Shown here: one piece after another, positions 34,836-44,535 of the stretch
Layout of the letters: each line of letters opens with the position of its first letter
Position numbering within the stretch: the stretch's first letter is position 1
IMG/VR virus record: IMGVR_UViG_3300023174_003073
Span: 64,001-128,000 of that record
Length of the DNA stretch: 64,000 nucleotides
Strand: one strand, 5' to 3'
Origin: a virus
The notes under the pieces: model-generated
What the model was told of the DNA's origin: nothing
Databases searched by the model: none
The model's input: the letters and a program-made list of their open reading frames with translations, nothing else
Program-made: the position numbers and the translations under genes

Positions 34836-35276
34836 TTACTCACGTTCTTTTTTAAGAATGCTACGAACCATCCAAGCCTTCTTACCATAGAAGTCTTGTA
34901 GTTCTGCCATGTAGTTAGCAATACCTTGTTGACGTTCTTGTGTTGCAATGTCAAACATACCAACAACAAGTTCAACCATCTTTTCAATATCTTGTTGAGT
35001 TTCCATGAACATTAATTCAGCACGTGGAATTTTTGTTTGGTCTTGAATGATTGATAGTTCTGCATAACGTGTTAAACTTGCAGGCGCATAACTATCCAAT
35101 ACTCTGATATACTCAGCAATCTTATCTACTGTTTCATATGTATCATTGTATAACGAATCATAAAATGCGTGATATTGAGGGAAATTACTTCCTTCAATAT
35201 TCCAATGAAAGTTGCGTGATTTCAATGAAAATGCTTCTGTTGAAGCTAATAATACTTTTAAGTTGTCTGCTAACAT
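34836..35276 (-). CDS. dps: Dps/ferritin-like protein
   Basis: FHWNIEG.NF..H, D.IAE.IR, K.AWM; start MLADNLK after TAAATA. Confidence 0.92.
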   Translation of the reverse strand: MLADNLKVLLASTEAFSLKSRNFHWNIEGSNFPQYHAFYDSLYNDTYETVDKIAEYIRVLDSYAPASLTRYAELSIIQDQTKIPRAELMFMETQQDIEKMVELVVGMFDIATQERQQGIANYMAELQDFYGKKAWMVRSILKKERE

Positions 35277-35387
35277 GTTAATCCTTTTTTTATTTAGCTG
35301 GCGGGTTGCCTTTGAATCTACTATAGAAATCAAACACACCTCTATCCATTTATATTTAAATCCCTAAATAAAATAATTCGTAGTTCT

Positions 35388-36638
35388 TTAGTGTCTTAGT
35401 AATAGAGTACTAAGTACGCCAGGGTCGTTTGCACTTACATCACCTTCGCCTGGTGCAACAATAACATTGTATTTCAATCCTGTATTTTTACCTTTGCTCA
35501 TATACTCATCATATGATAAGATGCTATTTGCACTAATGTTATATGCTTTTGCTAATCGTTGTTTTAATTCTGGTAATTTATCAGATTGAACTTGCCACTG
35601 ACCTTCGCCACCTTTAACTAGATTACCTTTTTGATCCTTAACTAATAAGTCTTGGAACATGTCATCAGGTACAATACGACTATTTTTAGTTTTATCTAAG
35701 TTAGGGTCAGCCGCCTTAACTTGTTTTTCTTGACTTGTGCTAGCCCCTTCGCTCCAGTTAATAATGAAGTTAGATGGTTTACTAGCCAGGGCCGCGCCCG
35801 CTATTTTTGTATAAGCATAGAATTTAACATCTGGATGTTGTTTTGCCATTTTCATAGCTAAATCAAAATATTCTGGGCTAAAGAAGTCACCAGCATCATG
35901 CCAACGAATTGTAACTGCATAGCCACCCTTCTTACCTAACTGTTCTTCTTTACGAATCTCTGAACTTAGTGTTTCAAAAAATCCGTTTGGGTCATTCAAT
36001 AAGAATGTTAATATACGACCATCACTTAGCCATGCAGCCTTGAATTGAACTTTACCACCTTTCATTGCAAAGCAATCTACTTTACAACTACCAGCACCCG
36101 GGCATGTATTTACAATGATTAGTTTATTAGTTGATTCATCAACTGCAACACCAGTCAATGCCGCAAAGCCAACATTAAAGAATTGTTCTAAGTCACCGTT
36201 ACTATGCTTCATCTTTTCGTTTTGCTTTAGTAACTTTTTAGGACGAGTTTTTAATGCATCAACTACTGCTTCTTCTTTAAATCGTTTGCCAGCTTCGTCA
36301 TAGAATTCAATTGCACTACTACGATGTATGTAGGGCATTTTATACTTGTCAGTTTTAGTTTTGCCAGTGGTATACTTTGCAATACCCTTCTTGTCTACTT
36401 TAACTTGACCAGTCTTCTTGTCTATATCATCTGTACCTTTGATACGTGTCATATAGTCTTGAAACTCTTGTCCACCTAGTTCACGACTTTGTGCTGGTAA
36501 TGCAGTTGCTTCATCTACTTCTTGTTCAGGTTCACTACCTTCTTGACCTGCAAACTGTTGCGGTGTCATTACTTTAATGCCAGATACCGCACCTGGTAGT
36601 TTTGGCTCTGCGCCTTCGTATAGTTCTGTTATTTTCAT
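35388..36638 (-). CDS. GP88-family radical-SAM-like Fe-S protein with head-protein leader
   Basis: CPGAGSCKVDCFA (Cx5Cx3C), IRWHDAGDF, FYAYTK; leader MKITELYEG and VDEA site. Confidence 0.7.
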   Translation of the reverse strand: MKITELYEGAEPKLPGAVSGIKVMTPQQFAGQEGSEPEQEVDEATALPAQSRELGGQEFQDYMTRIKGTDDIDKKTGQVKVDKKGIAKYTTGKTKTDKYKMPYIHRSSAIEFYDEAGKRFKEEAVVDALKTRPKKLLKQNEKMKHSNGDLEQFFNVGFAALTGVAVDESTNKLIIVNTCPGAGSCKVDCFAMKGGKVQFKAAWLSDGRILTFLLNDPNGFFETLSSEIRKEEQLGKKGGYAVTIRWHDAGDFFSPEYFDLAMKMAKQHPDVKFYAYTKIAGAALASKPSNFIINWSEGASTSQEKQVKAADPNLDKTKNSRIVPDDMFQDLLVKDQKGNLVKGGEGQWQVQSDKLPELKQRLAKAYNISANSILSYDEYMSKGKNTGLKYNVIVAPGEGDVSANDPGVLSTLLLRH

Positions 36639-37969
36639 TTAGCTGACTTTCTTAATGCGTCTGCTGTTGGCGCGCCTTTGCTACCTGGCTTACGCATATG
36701 TTCTCCACTACCATGTTTGATACGTTCACGTTTAGCATGTATATTAGCCCATAGACCTTTGCTTTCTTCGTCTACAGTTTTCTTTAGTCCTGGTACTTCA
36801 TTCTTAAGCACACTCATTGCTCGGTGTAGGCTACCATAAGAATCAATGTGTTTACCATTAGCGTGAATCATAAAATCATCTCCAGATTGTATGATTTCAT
36901 ATTTGCCTCCATTGTCTCCTGTACCACTGAACACAACTTGTCCTCCCATGCCTTCCGCTACATTTTTTTTGTTTTTGTTATCCAACATGCCACGCTTGTT
37001 AGCAGTTGCCCATGCAATATTCTCTGCTTCTTTATCACTGTGTCCTAATTTCTTTTCACTAGACTTAACATGCTTAACCATACGGTCAACTTTAGCACCT
37101 TCCGCCATGCCTGTAGCAAATGTATTTTTTTGACCTGTCGTTGTTTTATCTTGAGGTTGTCCTCCCATTGGAGCAGAAATAGTATAGTTTCCGATCTTAG
37201 TGTAACTTTGGTGTGCTAATTGATTTTTAATATTTTGTGGTTGACCTAATTTATATTTTTGAGCTGCCACAGATAGATTGACAGTATCTAAAATATTGCC
37301 TTTAAGGTCTTGAACTACAATAACAGGATCAGGGGTATTAAATTCTAATTGTCCTTCATCCATGTCCTGTGTATAAACATTACCACGCTCATGTTGACTA
37401 ATCATATAATCCATAACAGTTACAATCATTGATTTACATACAGCAATCTTTTCTTGTACCCATTCAGGTAAATTCTCGTCTGCTTGTAATTCTTTGCCTA
37501 AGTGTGTTGAAACTCTAACGATTGTGTGTAGATTGTTTTGAACCATATCTATCTCGTCATTGTATTCACCGCCACCATTAAATTCTTCTTTTGCCATGAT
37601 TTCACGATCACTTGGTTTATTACCAATATCACGTGGTTTGGATCTTTTAAATAATTCTTCTCGTCTTTTCTTTGCTTGTAGTTGTTCTTCACTTAAGTCA
37701 TCTTCATTTATAGCATCTTCACTGATGCCGGCTTTTCTGCTATTAGCATATTTCTCACTAATCTTGATACCTTTAAGTAAATCACTGCCTTTTTTACTAC
37801 GTCTTTGAACACCCATATTAGTTGGGGTTCCTGTAGACATAACACCGGCTGTTGTAGTGCTTGCACCTGATTCTAGCATTTCGTCACTGCGTCCAAACTT
37901 AGGTCCAGGGGTCGGTGCAGATGGGGCCGAAGCAGGTGTAAGATTTTCTTGTAAATGACTGATTTTCAT
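36635..37969 (-). CDS. Modular internal head protein
   Basis: Short domains separated by LES/ISED/MDEG/MAEG/VAEG/VDEE sites; LPEWVQEKI, AWATANK and GLWANIHAKR modules. Confidence 0.75.
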   Translation of the reverse strand: MKISHLQENLTPASAPSAPTPGPKFGRSDEMLESGASTTTAGVMSTGTPTNMGVQRRSKKGSDLLKGIKISEKYANSRKAGISEDAINEDDLSEEQLQAKKRREELFKRSKPRDIGNKPSDREIMAKEEFNGGGEYNDEIDMVQNNLHTIVRVSTHLGKELQADENLPEWVQEKIAVCKSMIVTVMDYMISQHERGNVYTQDMDEGQLEFNTPDPVIVVQDLKGNILDTVNLSVAAQKYKLGQPQNIKNQLAHQSYTKIGNYTISAPMGGQPQDKTTTGQKNTFATGMAEGAKVDRMVKHVKSSEKKLGHSDKEAENIAWATANKRGMLDNKNKKNVAEGMGGQVVFSGTGDNGGKYEIIQSGDDFMIHANGKHIDSYGSLHRAMSVLKNEVPGLKKTVDEESKGLWANIHAKRERIKHGSGEHMRKPGSKGAPTADALRKSAK

Positions 37970-38024
37970 AAGATAAATTCCGTATATCTTATATTTATCA
38001 TAAATCCTAAACTTGGTATACTAA

Positions 38025-40829
38025 TTAAAGAGCCGCTATTCTTGTCTGAAAATCAGCAAAATCAGTACTATCTGCCACTAAAGTTTTTAGTGATGATAAG
38101 CTAATATACTGGGATGCACCGGTACTATTTTTAATATCACCACCTGCCGGTAATGTTAAATTACCAGTCATGTCAAATACCCATGTATTTTTACTACCTG
38201 TTGGATGGTTAAAGTTAGTAGTTAATTCTGCATTTGATGAACCTATAATAAATTGTGTAGTCTTTTGACCAACATTACTATCGTAATTTACAAATGATAA
38301 CCCTGTACCACCCCCTGTTGTTGCATTATAAACTTCAAAGTTTAAGTCGTTATCTTCTTCTGCAACAATATCACCGGGAACAGTTAATATACCATCTAGG
38401 CCAAACTGCCAAGTGTTGAATACTGTGCCAGAATTGTCTACACTGGTTTGTACATAGGCACCGTCACCTTGAACAAAGAATTGTTGATAACCTGTACCAC
38501 CGTTGCTTATTCCTGCTCCTTCGCCTGGAGCACCGTAGATAAATCCACCAGCAACTCCAGAACCATCCGGCAATGTCAATGTACCATCTGTGCCAAAAGT
38601 CCACTGATTATTATTTTCGTTAGTACCAATAAGAACATTACCACCGTTCTTTTCAATCTTAACATACTGGTCGTCATCGCCCAAGTACATGTCAGTGATT
38701 GACGGATCACCTGCTATTAAATGAATATGATGGTCTTCACTACTACCACTTCTTGTTAGTGTAAGCGGTGATATCAATCCACCAATACTAAACCCTACAG
38801 CATTGCTAAGGGTGATAGTGAAAGTTGTCATAGTACTTGAAACTGGTATAGTCCAAGTTATTTGTTTAGAAGGCTCATTAGTAAATGTCAATGTGCCTGT
38901 TAACGCTCTACCTAATTGTTGTTGAGTACAATCAGTAAATGTATAGTCTACTGTTCCAGTAACTGGAGTAAGGCTATAATCAGGAACTATGGTTAATGTA
39001 ATAGTATCACCGTCAGTAAATCCACCTGGATGATCGGAAGTAATTCCTTGAGCTCCTGTTAAGCGAACTACTAAACTCTGTCCAGCTAATGCATTCGGCG
39101 GTGTGATGGTTGTTGAGTTGGCCGTTTCACTTAAGATAGTACCTTTAGGTAACACTAAATTACCAGTGGTAACAAAAGTAAATTCTACTGCAGGGCTTGC
39201 CGATGGCGAAAACCCAATCTTAACATTACCATTTGTACTAGCCATTGTAGTATCACTGAATGTAATATTACCGGTGTTTGCACCACCGCCTCCACCTAAT
39301 ACACTATTACCTGTACTGTCTCTGATATCACCACCTACTGGTAGATTTAATATACCGTTGTCATCGAAACTCCAAACATGGTCACCATCATGTGTCTTAA
39401 CATAAAGACCATCACCATGCTTTAACCATAAATCAATACCACCTGAACTACCATTGCCTGCCCAGTCAGTATAGATATCAATATCAGCAGTAGTACCATA
39501 AGGTGTATTAATTTCAATATTACCGTTGTTGAATATATTACCAGTCGTTACACTATTAAATTGTGTATTATTGGCTGTGTTCAAGTCTTGGTCAAATATA
39601 TTTGTGATAGCTGTTAAATAGCTACTTAAATTAGGTGGAGTATATGTGAATACACCAGTTGAATTGGCATATGATAAATCACCACTACCATTTGCTGTAT
39701 TTGATGTAGTAACACTTAAATCTGTTAATGCTATACCGCCGGCACCTAACAAATTAGTTGCATCTGCTAAATTAGCAATATCAGTTGGTATAGCACTCGT
39801 CAATGCAAATCCACTAACATCAGGTATCACCGGTGGAGTATATGTAAATACACCGGTTGAATTGGCATATGATATATTGCCGCTACCATTTGCTGAATTT
39901 GGTGCACCAACACTAATATCTGTTAATGCTATACCACCTCCGCCCAACAAGCTAGTCAAATCAGTTAGATTCGCAACATCTGTAGGAATAGTTGGTTTAC
40001 CACTTAAATTAGCCCATGTGATATTTGCAACAGTATTAGATAGTGTTGATAAATTAGCAGTTGTTGCATAATTATCAATATTAGGTGCACCACTTAAATT
40101 AGCCCAACTAATATTTGCTACTGTATTACTTAAATTTGTAACACTAATAACACTTGCTTTATTTGCTAATGAATTAGTAATAGAAGTCGAGAAACTTGCA
40201 TCGTTGCCTAATGCATTTGCTAATTCATTTAATGTGTTTAACACATTAGGTGAACTATCTACTAGCGTAGCAATAGCATTACCAACATAATCAGTAGTAG
40301 CAATATTTCCAGGAACATCAACTAAATTAGCATAGCTAACATTAGCCCATACTTGATTAATACCATTGCTCTTTAAGAATTTACCACTATTCCCTGCATC
40401 TGATGGGAATGCACTTTCCCATGACAATGTTCCGGCACCGTCTGTTTTCAATACATTGTTGTAGCTTCCACCACTAATAGTTAAATTACTAATTGAGGAT
40501 AAATTAATACGGGTAGGATTTAATTGTGTAACATTTAATGTACCAGTTGTCAACGTATCTGTACTAGGGACATATGTTAGTCCACCGTCGCCGGTATAAG
40601 AACCACCAAAGTTAAATTGAACCTCACCATTTGCACCACCGGGGGGATTTATTGTGTAAATGTTTTTAACAATTTGCACCGAAACTGTTTCGGTTGTTGA
40701 TGCTGTTCCGGTAGTTGTAGTACCGGTGGGAAGTATAACAGGCTGTAATGTTTTAGGACTAAACGTAGTTAATCCTGGATCAGATCCTACATCAATATTT
40801 GCTGGTTGTATTGGGGTTGTTCTTTTCAT
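38025..40829 (-). CDS. Tail-fibre/structural protein with internal repeats
   Basis: PGG.NGEVQFN, LNTLNELANALGND, duplicated YANSTGVFTYTPP module, repeated W.F...G.L.LP units; TAAATA context. Confidence 0.75.
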   Translation of the reverse strand: MKRTTPIQPANIDVGSDPGLTTFSPKTLQPVILPTGTTTTGTASTTETVSVQIVKNIYTINPPGGANGEVQFNFGGSYTGDGGLTYVPSTDTLTTGTLNVTQLNPTRINLSSISNLTISGGSYNNVLKTDGAGTLSWESAFPSDAGNSGKFLKSNGINQVWANVSYANLVDVPGNIATTDYVGNAIATLVDSSPNVLNTLNELANALGNDASFSTSITNSLANKASVISVTNLSNTVANISWANLSGAPNIDNYATTANLSTLSNTVANITWANLSGKPTIPTDVANLTDLTSLLGGGGIALTDISVGAPNSANGSGNISYANSTGVFTYTPPVIPDVSGFALTSAIPTDIANLADATNLLGAGGIALTDLSVTTSNTANGSGDLSYANSTGVFTYTPPNLSSYLTAITNIFDQDLNTANNTQFNSVTTGNIFNNGNIEINTPYGTTADIDIYTDWAGNGSSGGIDLWLKHGDGLYVKTHDGDHVWSFDDNGILNLPVGGDIRDSTGNSVLGGGGGANTGNITFSDTTMASTNGNVKIGFSPSASPAVEFTFVTTGNLVLPKGTILSETANSTTITPPNALAGQSLVVRLTGAQGITSDHPGGFTDGDTITLTIVPDYSLTPVTGTVDYTFTDCTQQQLGRALTGTLTFTNEPSKQITWTIPVSSTMTTFTITLSNAVGFSIGGLISPLTLTRSGSSEDHHIHLIAGDPSITDMYLGDDDQYVKIEKNGGNVLIGTNENNNQWTFGTDGTLTLPDGSGVAGGFIYGAPGEGAGISNGGTGYQQFFVQGDGAYVQTSVDNSGTVFNTWQFGLDGILTVPGDIVAEEDNDLNFEVYNATTGGGTGLSFVNYDSNVGQKTTQFIIGSSNAELTTNFNHPTGSKNTWVFDMTGNLTLPAGGDIKNSTGASQYISLSSLKTLVADSTDFADFQTRIAAL

Positions 40830-40846
40830 TCTCTATTTCCTTCTTA

Positions 40847-41713
40847 TTATGCTCTCAGTACTGGGGGAATACCCGCACGACTTATTTTACTTCCTAATTT
40901 CTTAGCATTCTGTTGCATTGTAAATGGAGTGATATCTACTGTTAATGCAGTCATCCAACGTCTATCATTCTTCTGACTTGGACTTGGAATATATCCACTA
41001 GACTCAGGCAAACTTAATCGTTGACTATGCAATAATTGTAATTTCTCGTATAATTTCTTAATTATACCTTTATTGCGTAATGCTTTAAATGCGATATTCT
41101 CAGGGCCAAATTCGCCATGAAAATCTAATCCAATTTTTCTGTATTTTTTAATGGTCTTGATTATTTTACTAATCTTTTCTGAATCATTCGACTTTAATGC
41201 ATACTGCGCTAATTTATATAGTTTACGATATTTTAATTTAGTTGCTAACTGGTCAAAGTCTGCTTTGCGTTTTCTTGGTAATTTCAACCATTTATCATTC
41301 ATTACTGAATATTCACCAAGACTGATTACGGGTTCGTTGCTATCCTGTACATATAATTCTACTTCATATCCATTAATTAATATATCGTGGCTATCATTAT
41401 AAACTGTCTTTTTAGCGTCAAATAATTCACGGTAAACATCATCTTCACTAAATTGTGAAATATCTACTAATATGTGTAAATCAATGTCGCTTAACTCAGT
41501 ATAGCTATAGGCTGCATTACTTCCAGAGACTGTGATATCTTCTATGGCTAAATCTGGTAATCCTAGATGTTCTATGAAGTCATTAGCAATCAATAATAGT
41601 TGCTCTCTGACATATCCTTTCATGTTATCCCCGTCAAATATGGCAGGATTTAGATGTTCATGGAAACGAACCGCGTCGGACATTTTAAAACTGTTTAACT
41701 CATTAAATTGCAT
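40847..41713 (-). CDS. Pol-beta-superfamily nucleotidyltransferase
   Basis: SGSNA.Y.Y...SDIDLH...VELY; GEF..EN..FK.LR. Confidence 0.8.
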   Translation of the reverse strand: MQFNELNSFKMSDAVRFHEHLNPAIFDGDNMKGYVREQLLLIANDFIEHLGLPDLAIEDITVSGSNAAYSYTELSDIDLHILVDISQFSEDDVYRELFDAKKTVYNDSHDILINGYEVELYVQDSNEPVISLGEYSVMNDKWLKLPRKRKADFDQLATKLKYRKLYKLAQYALKSNDSEKISKIIKTIKKYRKIGLDFHGEFGPENIAFKALRNKGIIKKLYEKLQLLHSQRLSLPESSGYIPSPSQKNDRRWMTALTVDITPFTMQQNAKKLGSKISRAGIPPVLRA

Positions 41714-41726
41714 ATAGTATTTATAT

Positions 41727-41761
41727 AAAAAAAATGGCTACCACGGTTTGCGGTAGCCATT
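41727..41761 (-). terminator. Rho-independent terminator
   Basis: AAUGGCUACC-9 nt-GGUAGCCAUU followed by a U run. Confidence 0.85.
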
Positions 41762-41780
41762 GTAATAGAGTTTATTTCTA

Positions 41781-42722
41781 TTATTGTGCTTGATTTGCGG
41801 CTTGTTGTGCGGCTTCAGCTTGTTTTTTCTGTAACTCTTGCAGGTACATAGGACCGATTGTGTCCATCAGATGTTGTTGATTTTCCATACAGAATACATA
41901 GCTACCGCTATGACGCAATAGAACACGTTTGTCAACATAGATTTTACCACCTAGGTCACGCCAGTTTTCACAGAATGTCCAGTCTTCACTATAGTAACGA
42001 TTCTGACGAACTGCTGTGTCAAAGTATGTCTTTAAGTGAGCATCATACTTTGGATCTAGACCAATGTCATTCTTGTATTGCTTAACAGCAGGGTGTGCTT
42101 TAAGTTTCTCAAATACATGTTTCTTCATTAACAAGAATCCAGTACCTGCTTTACTTACTTCTTGGAATCCATCTGGTCCTTCTTCTGCACCTTCGAATCC
42201 ATTAACTACCCACTTGATAGGCATAGTCTTCATTGGGTACAATCCACCGATAACATCTACGTCACGGTTGAGTAAAACTAACAAGTGCCATGGTTCCCAA
42301 CCAATATCAGCATCAACAAAGAATAAATGTGTTGCGCCTTCTTGTTCTAAGAACTTAGCAGTTAGTGTATTACGGGCACGTGAAATCAAAGACTCGTTTA
42401 CCATTGTTTCTAATGTCCAGTCAATACCAAGTTGACGGGCTGTATTAGCCCACTTGATAAATGACATGAAAGTTGATTCAGTCAACATACCACCATAGCA
42501 TGGCATAGCGATATGTACTTTAGTTGTTTTTAGAAAATCAACATTGACTTGAATTTGTCCTGCTTGAGCCGCTTGTTGTTGCTGGGCTAGTTGTTGAGCA
42601 GCCGCTTGTTCAGCAATTTCTTGTACTTTTTCTACAGGAACTGTCTTGGGTTCTTTAGTAGCCTTAGTAGCTTTTACTGCTTTAGCTGGTGCTTTAGTTT
42701 CGGTTGTTTTTTTAGTTGCCAT
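41781..42722 (-). CDS. GT-A fold glycosyltransferase-like protein
   Basis: IAMPCY, SLISRARN, FVDAD (DxD), GTGFLL, SED..FC, H.G. Confidence 0.8.
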   Translation of the reverse strand: MATKKTTETKAPAKAVKATKATKEPKTVPVEKVQEIAEQAAAQQLAQQQQAAQAGQIQVNVDFLKTTKVHIAMPCYGGMLTESTFMSFIKWANTARQLGIDWTLETMVNESLISRARNTLTAKFLEQEGATHLFFVDADIGWEPWHLLVLLNRDVDVIGGLYPMKTMPIKWVVNGFEGAEEGPDGFQEVSKAGTGFLLMKKHVFEKLKAHPAVKQYKNDIGLDPKYDAHLKTYFDTAVRQNRYYSEDWTFCENWRDLGGKIYVDKRVLLRHSGSYVFCMENQQHLMDTIGPMYLQELQKKQAEAAQQAANQAQ

Positions 42723-42772
42723 TTGGTCCTCTTAAATGATGTAATTATTTACACACTGAGGACCACCCCGAA

Positions 42773-43273
42773 TTATTTTTCTTCTAAATAATCTTGACTT
42801 TCTTCTAAGCGTTGGCCATACTTGTCTTTACCTAATGTATACCAGACCATATAGTCAGGATTTAAATTAGGATACTTTTGCATTAATCTGTCAATTAATG
42901 GTTGAACAGTTGAATATGGAATATTATGTGCAATATTCTGTACTTTACCCTCATGTTCTAGTTTTGGTGGTACATAGTATAAATTAACTTTAGTAGAGGG
43001 GTCTGTGAAATGAATCTTTGCTTCATCGACCTCTTGATGTCCTTCATCGGCTAATAATTTTTGCAATTCTTCATCATTAGCCAATTCCAAATCACTTACG
43101 TCATACTTGCCAGTACTAGCCAATTTATGAATTAATGCTTGACGTTCATCAAATCCTTCTTTCAATGCAACCTTCATTAGTTTCATTAATTTAAGTTTTT
43201 GTTGAGGACTAGCCTCCTTAATTAAAGGACGAATCTTTTTAATTTGTTCAGTAATTAATTTAGACTTAGACAT
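42773..43273 (-). CDS. Probable internal head protein
   Basis: ITEQ, IKEA, LKEG, VDEA, LEES, LEEK sites. Confidence 0.6.
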   Translation of the reverse strand: MSKSKLITEQIKKIRPLIKEASPQQKLKLMKLMKVALKEGFDERQALIHKLASTGKYDVSDLELANDEELQKLLADEGHQEVDEAKIHFTDPSTKVNLYYVPPKLEHEGKVQNIAHNIPYSTVQPLIDRLMQKYPNLNPDYMVWYTLGKDKYGQRLEESQDYLEEK

Positions 43274-43274
43274 T

Positions 43275-43631
43275 TTAATAACACAATTTAATATAATTAA
43301 TTGTACCTTCAGTACGTGTTACAACTTTTGCTCTTACCCATGCAAAATTACCAGTAACATTAACAAAATTAACTGCAGGTGTTCCAACTGAACCACCGTT
43401 ATTGTTTCCCAATGTACATACTAGATTATATATCGGAAACCAATCTGTATCTAGTGTAGGATTTTCTACTAGTGTTCCTTGAACTACAACCGTACCCAAG
43501 AACCCACTTAACTTCCAAGTTAAAGTTTGTAATGTTTTACCGGCAACATAATAACTAGCACCGGGTTGTTTGTCCCCGGTAACTACTGTTATAGTCTGTG
43601 GTAATAGCGTGAGTGCAGTTGTTTGGCTCAT
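43275..43631 (-). CDS. Small beta-rich structural protein
   Basis: F.G.V.VQGTL...P...DWF, GNFAWVRA. Confidence 0.65.
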   Translation of the reverse strand: MSQTTALTLLPQTITVVTGDKQPGASYYVAGKTLQTLTWKLSGFLGTVVVQGTLVENPTLDTDWFPIYNLVCTLGNNNGGSVGTPAVNFVNVTGNFAWVRAKVVTRTEGTINYIKLCY

Positions 43632-43798
43632 TATGCTCTTACAACCTCAACGACTATGGCGTCGCCAACTAACTCTTGTGCGACTTGTTCTAATGCTTGC
43701 TGGACATCATGGTTAGCTACGCTAGTAACTTCACCTTCACTGTCCTTAACGATTTTACTAAATTTGATGATTAATACATCTTCGACAATCTTTGCCAT
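43631..43798 (-). CDS. 55-aa hypothetical protein
   Basis: Manual translation MAKIVEDVLIIKFSKIVKD...VVEVVRA; GGAG SD; TAAATA at 43820-43825. Confidence 0.65.
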   Translation of the reverse strand: MAKIVEDVLIIKFSKIVKDSEGEVTSVANHDVQQALEQVAQELVGDAIVVEVVRA

Positions 43799-43830
43799 GG
43801 TAAATACTCCATTATAGAGTATTTATCATT

Positions 43831-44535
43831 TTAAATTGACTCTGGACGCTTTTCTAGCGTGAATTTCCTAGAAATCATGTTAGTAAAGGTTAATGCAAAA
43901 ATAGTGATGAAACTCTCGTCATTATAGTCAATAAAATAGTGACTGCTACAATAACTGCGTTTCCAAGCTAACCAGCCCCCTAGACTAGGAGTTCCACTCT
44001 CAGTTAACCAATCACGTAATGATGGACTAGGAACAATTACAGTATTTGTACCCTTATATCGTTCAAACATATTCTGTAATTTCTTTGGGAAATCATCAGA
44101 AACACGCTTGCTTTTTAGATAGATACGATGCTTAAACTTAGGTTCTTCTACAAAATACTTTATACCTGTAGGGACGTTATCCTGCACTTCAGTATAATCA
44201 ACTATAAATCCTAATGTCTCTAGGCCTTTTAGGTAATTCAAATCATTAGAAAATACACTAGCAATATTGCCTTCAATTCTAATAGTTCCTTCACCCTTCT
44301 TCATTGCCTTTTTAAAAGCAGAGAATTTCACTAAGTCATCAGCATTTGCTGTTTTGATACTTTTGTTTGCTAGGATTCTTTTTTCAAAATCTTCTTTTTT
44401 TGAACTGTACGAACATAGATATGCACCAACCATATGTACTCTAGCACGATAAACATACTTGCTAAAATACAATGTTCTATATTCAATGAATCCTATTCCG
44501 TCACTGCGGATCTGTGATAACCGTGATAATGCCAT
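43831..44535 (-). CDS. Hypothetical protein
   Basis: Long ORF overlapping the clpA end; exact start uncertain. Confidence 0.7.
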   Translation of the reverse strand: MALSRLSQIRSDGIGFIEYRTLYFSKYVYRARVHMVGAYLCSYSSKKEDFEKRILANKSIKTANADDLVKFSAFKKAMKKGEGTIRIEGNIASVFSNDLNYLKGLETLGFIVDYTEVQDNVPTGIKYFVEEPKFKHRIYLKSKRVSDDFPKKLQNMFERYKGTNTVIVPSPSLRDWLTESGTPSLGGWLAWKRSYCSSHYFIDYNDESFITIFALTFTNMISRKFTLEKRPESI

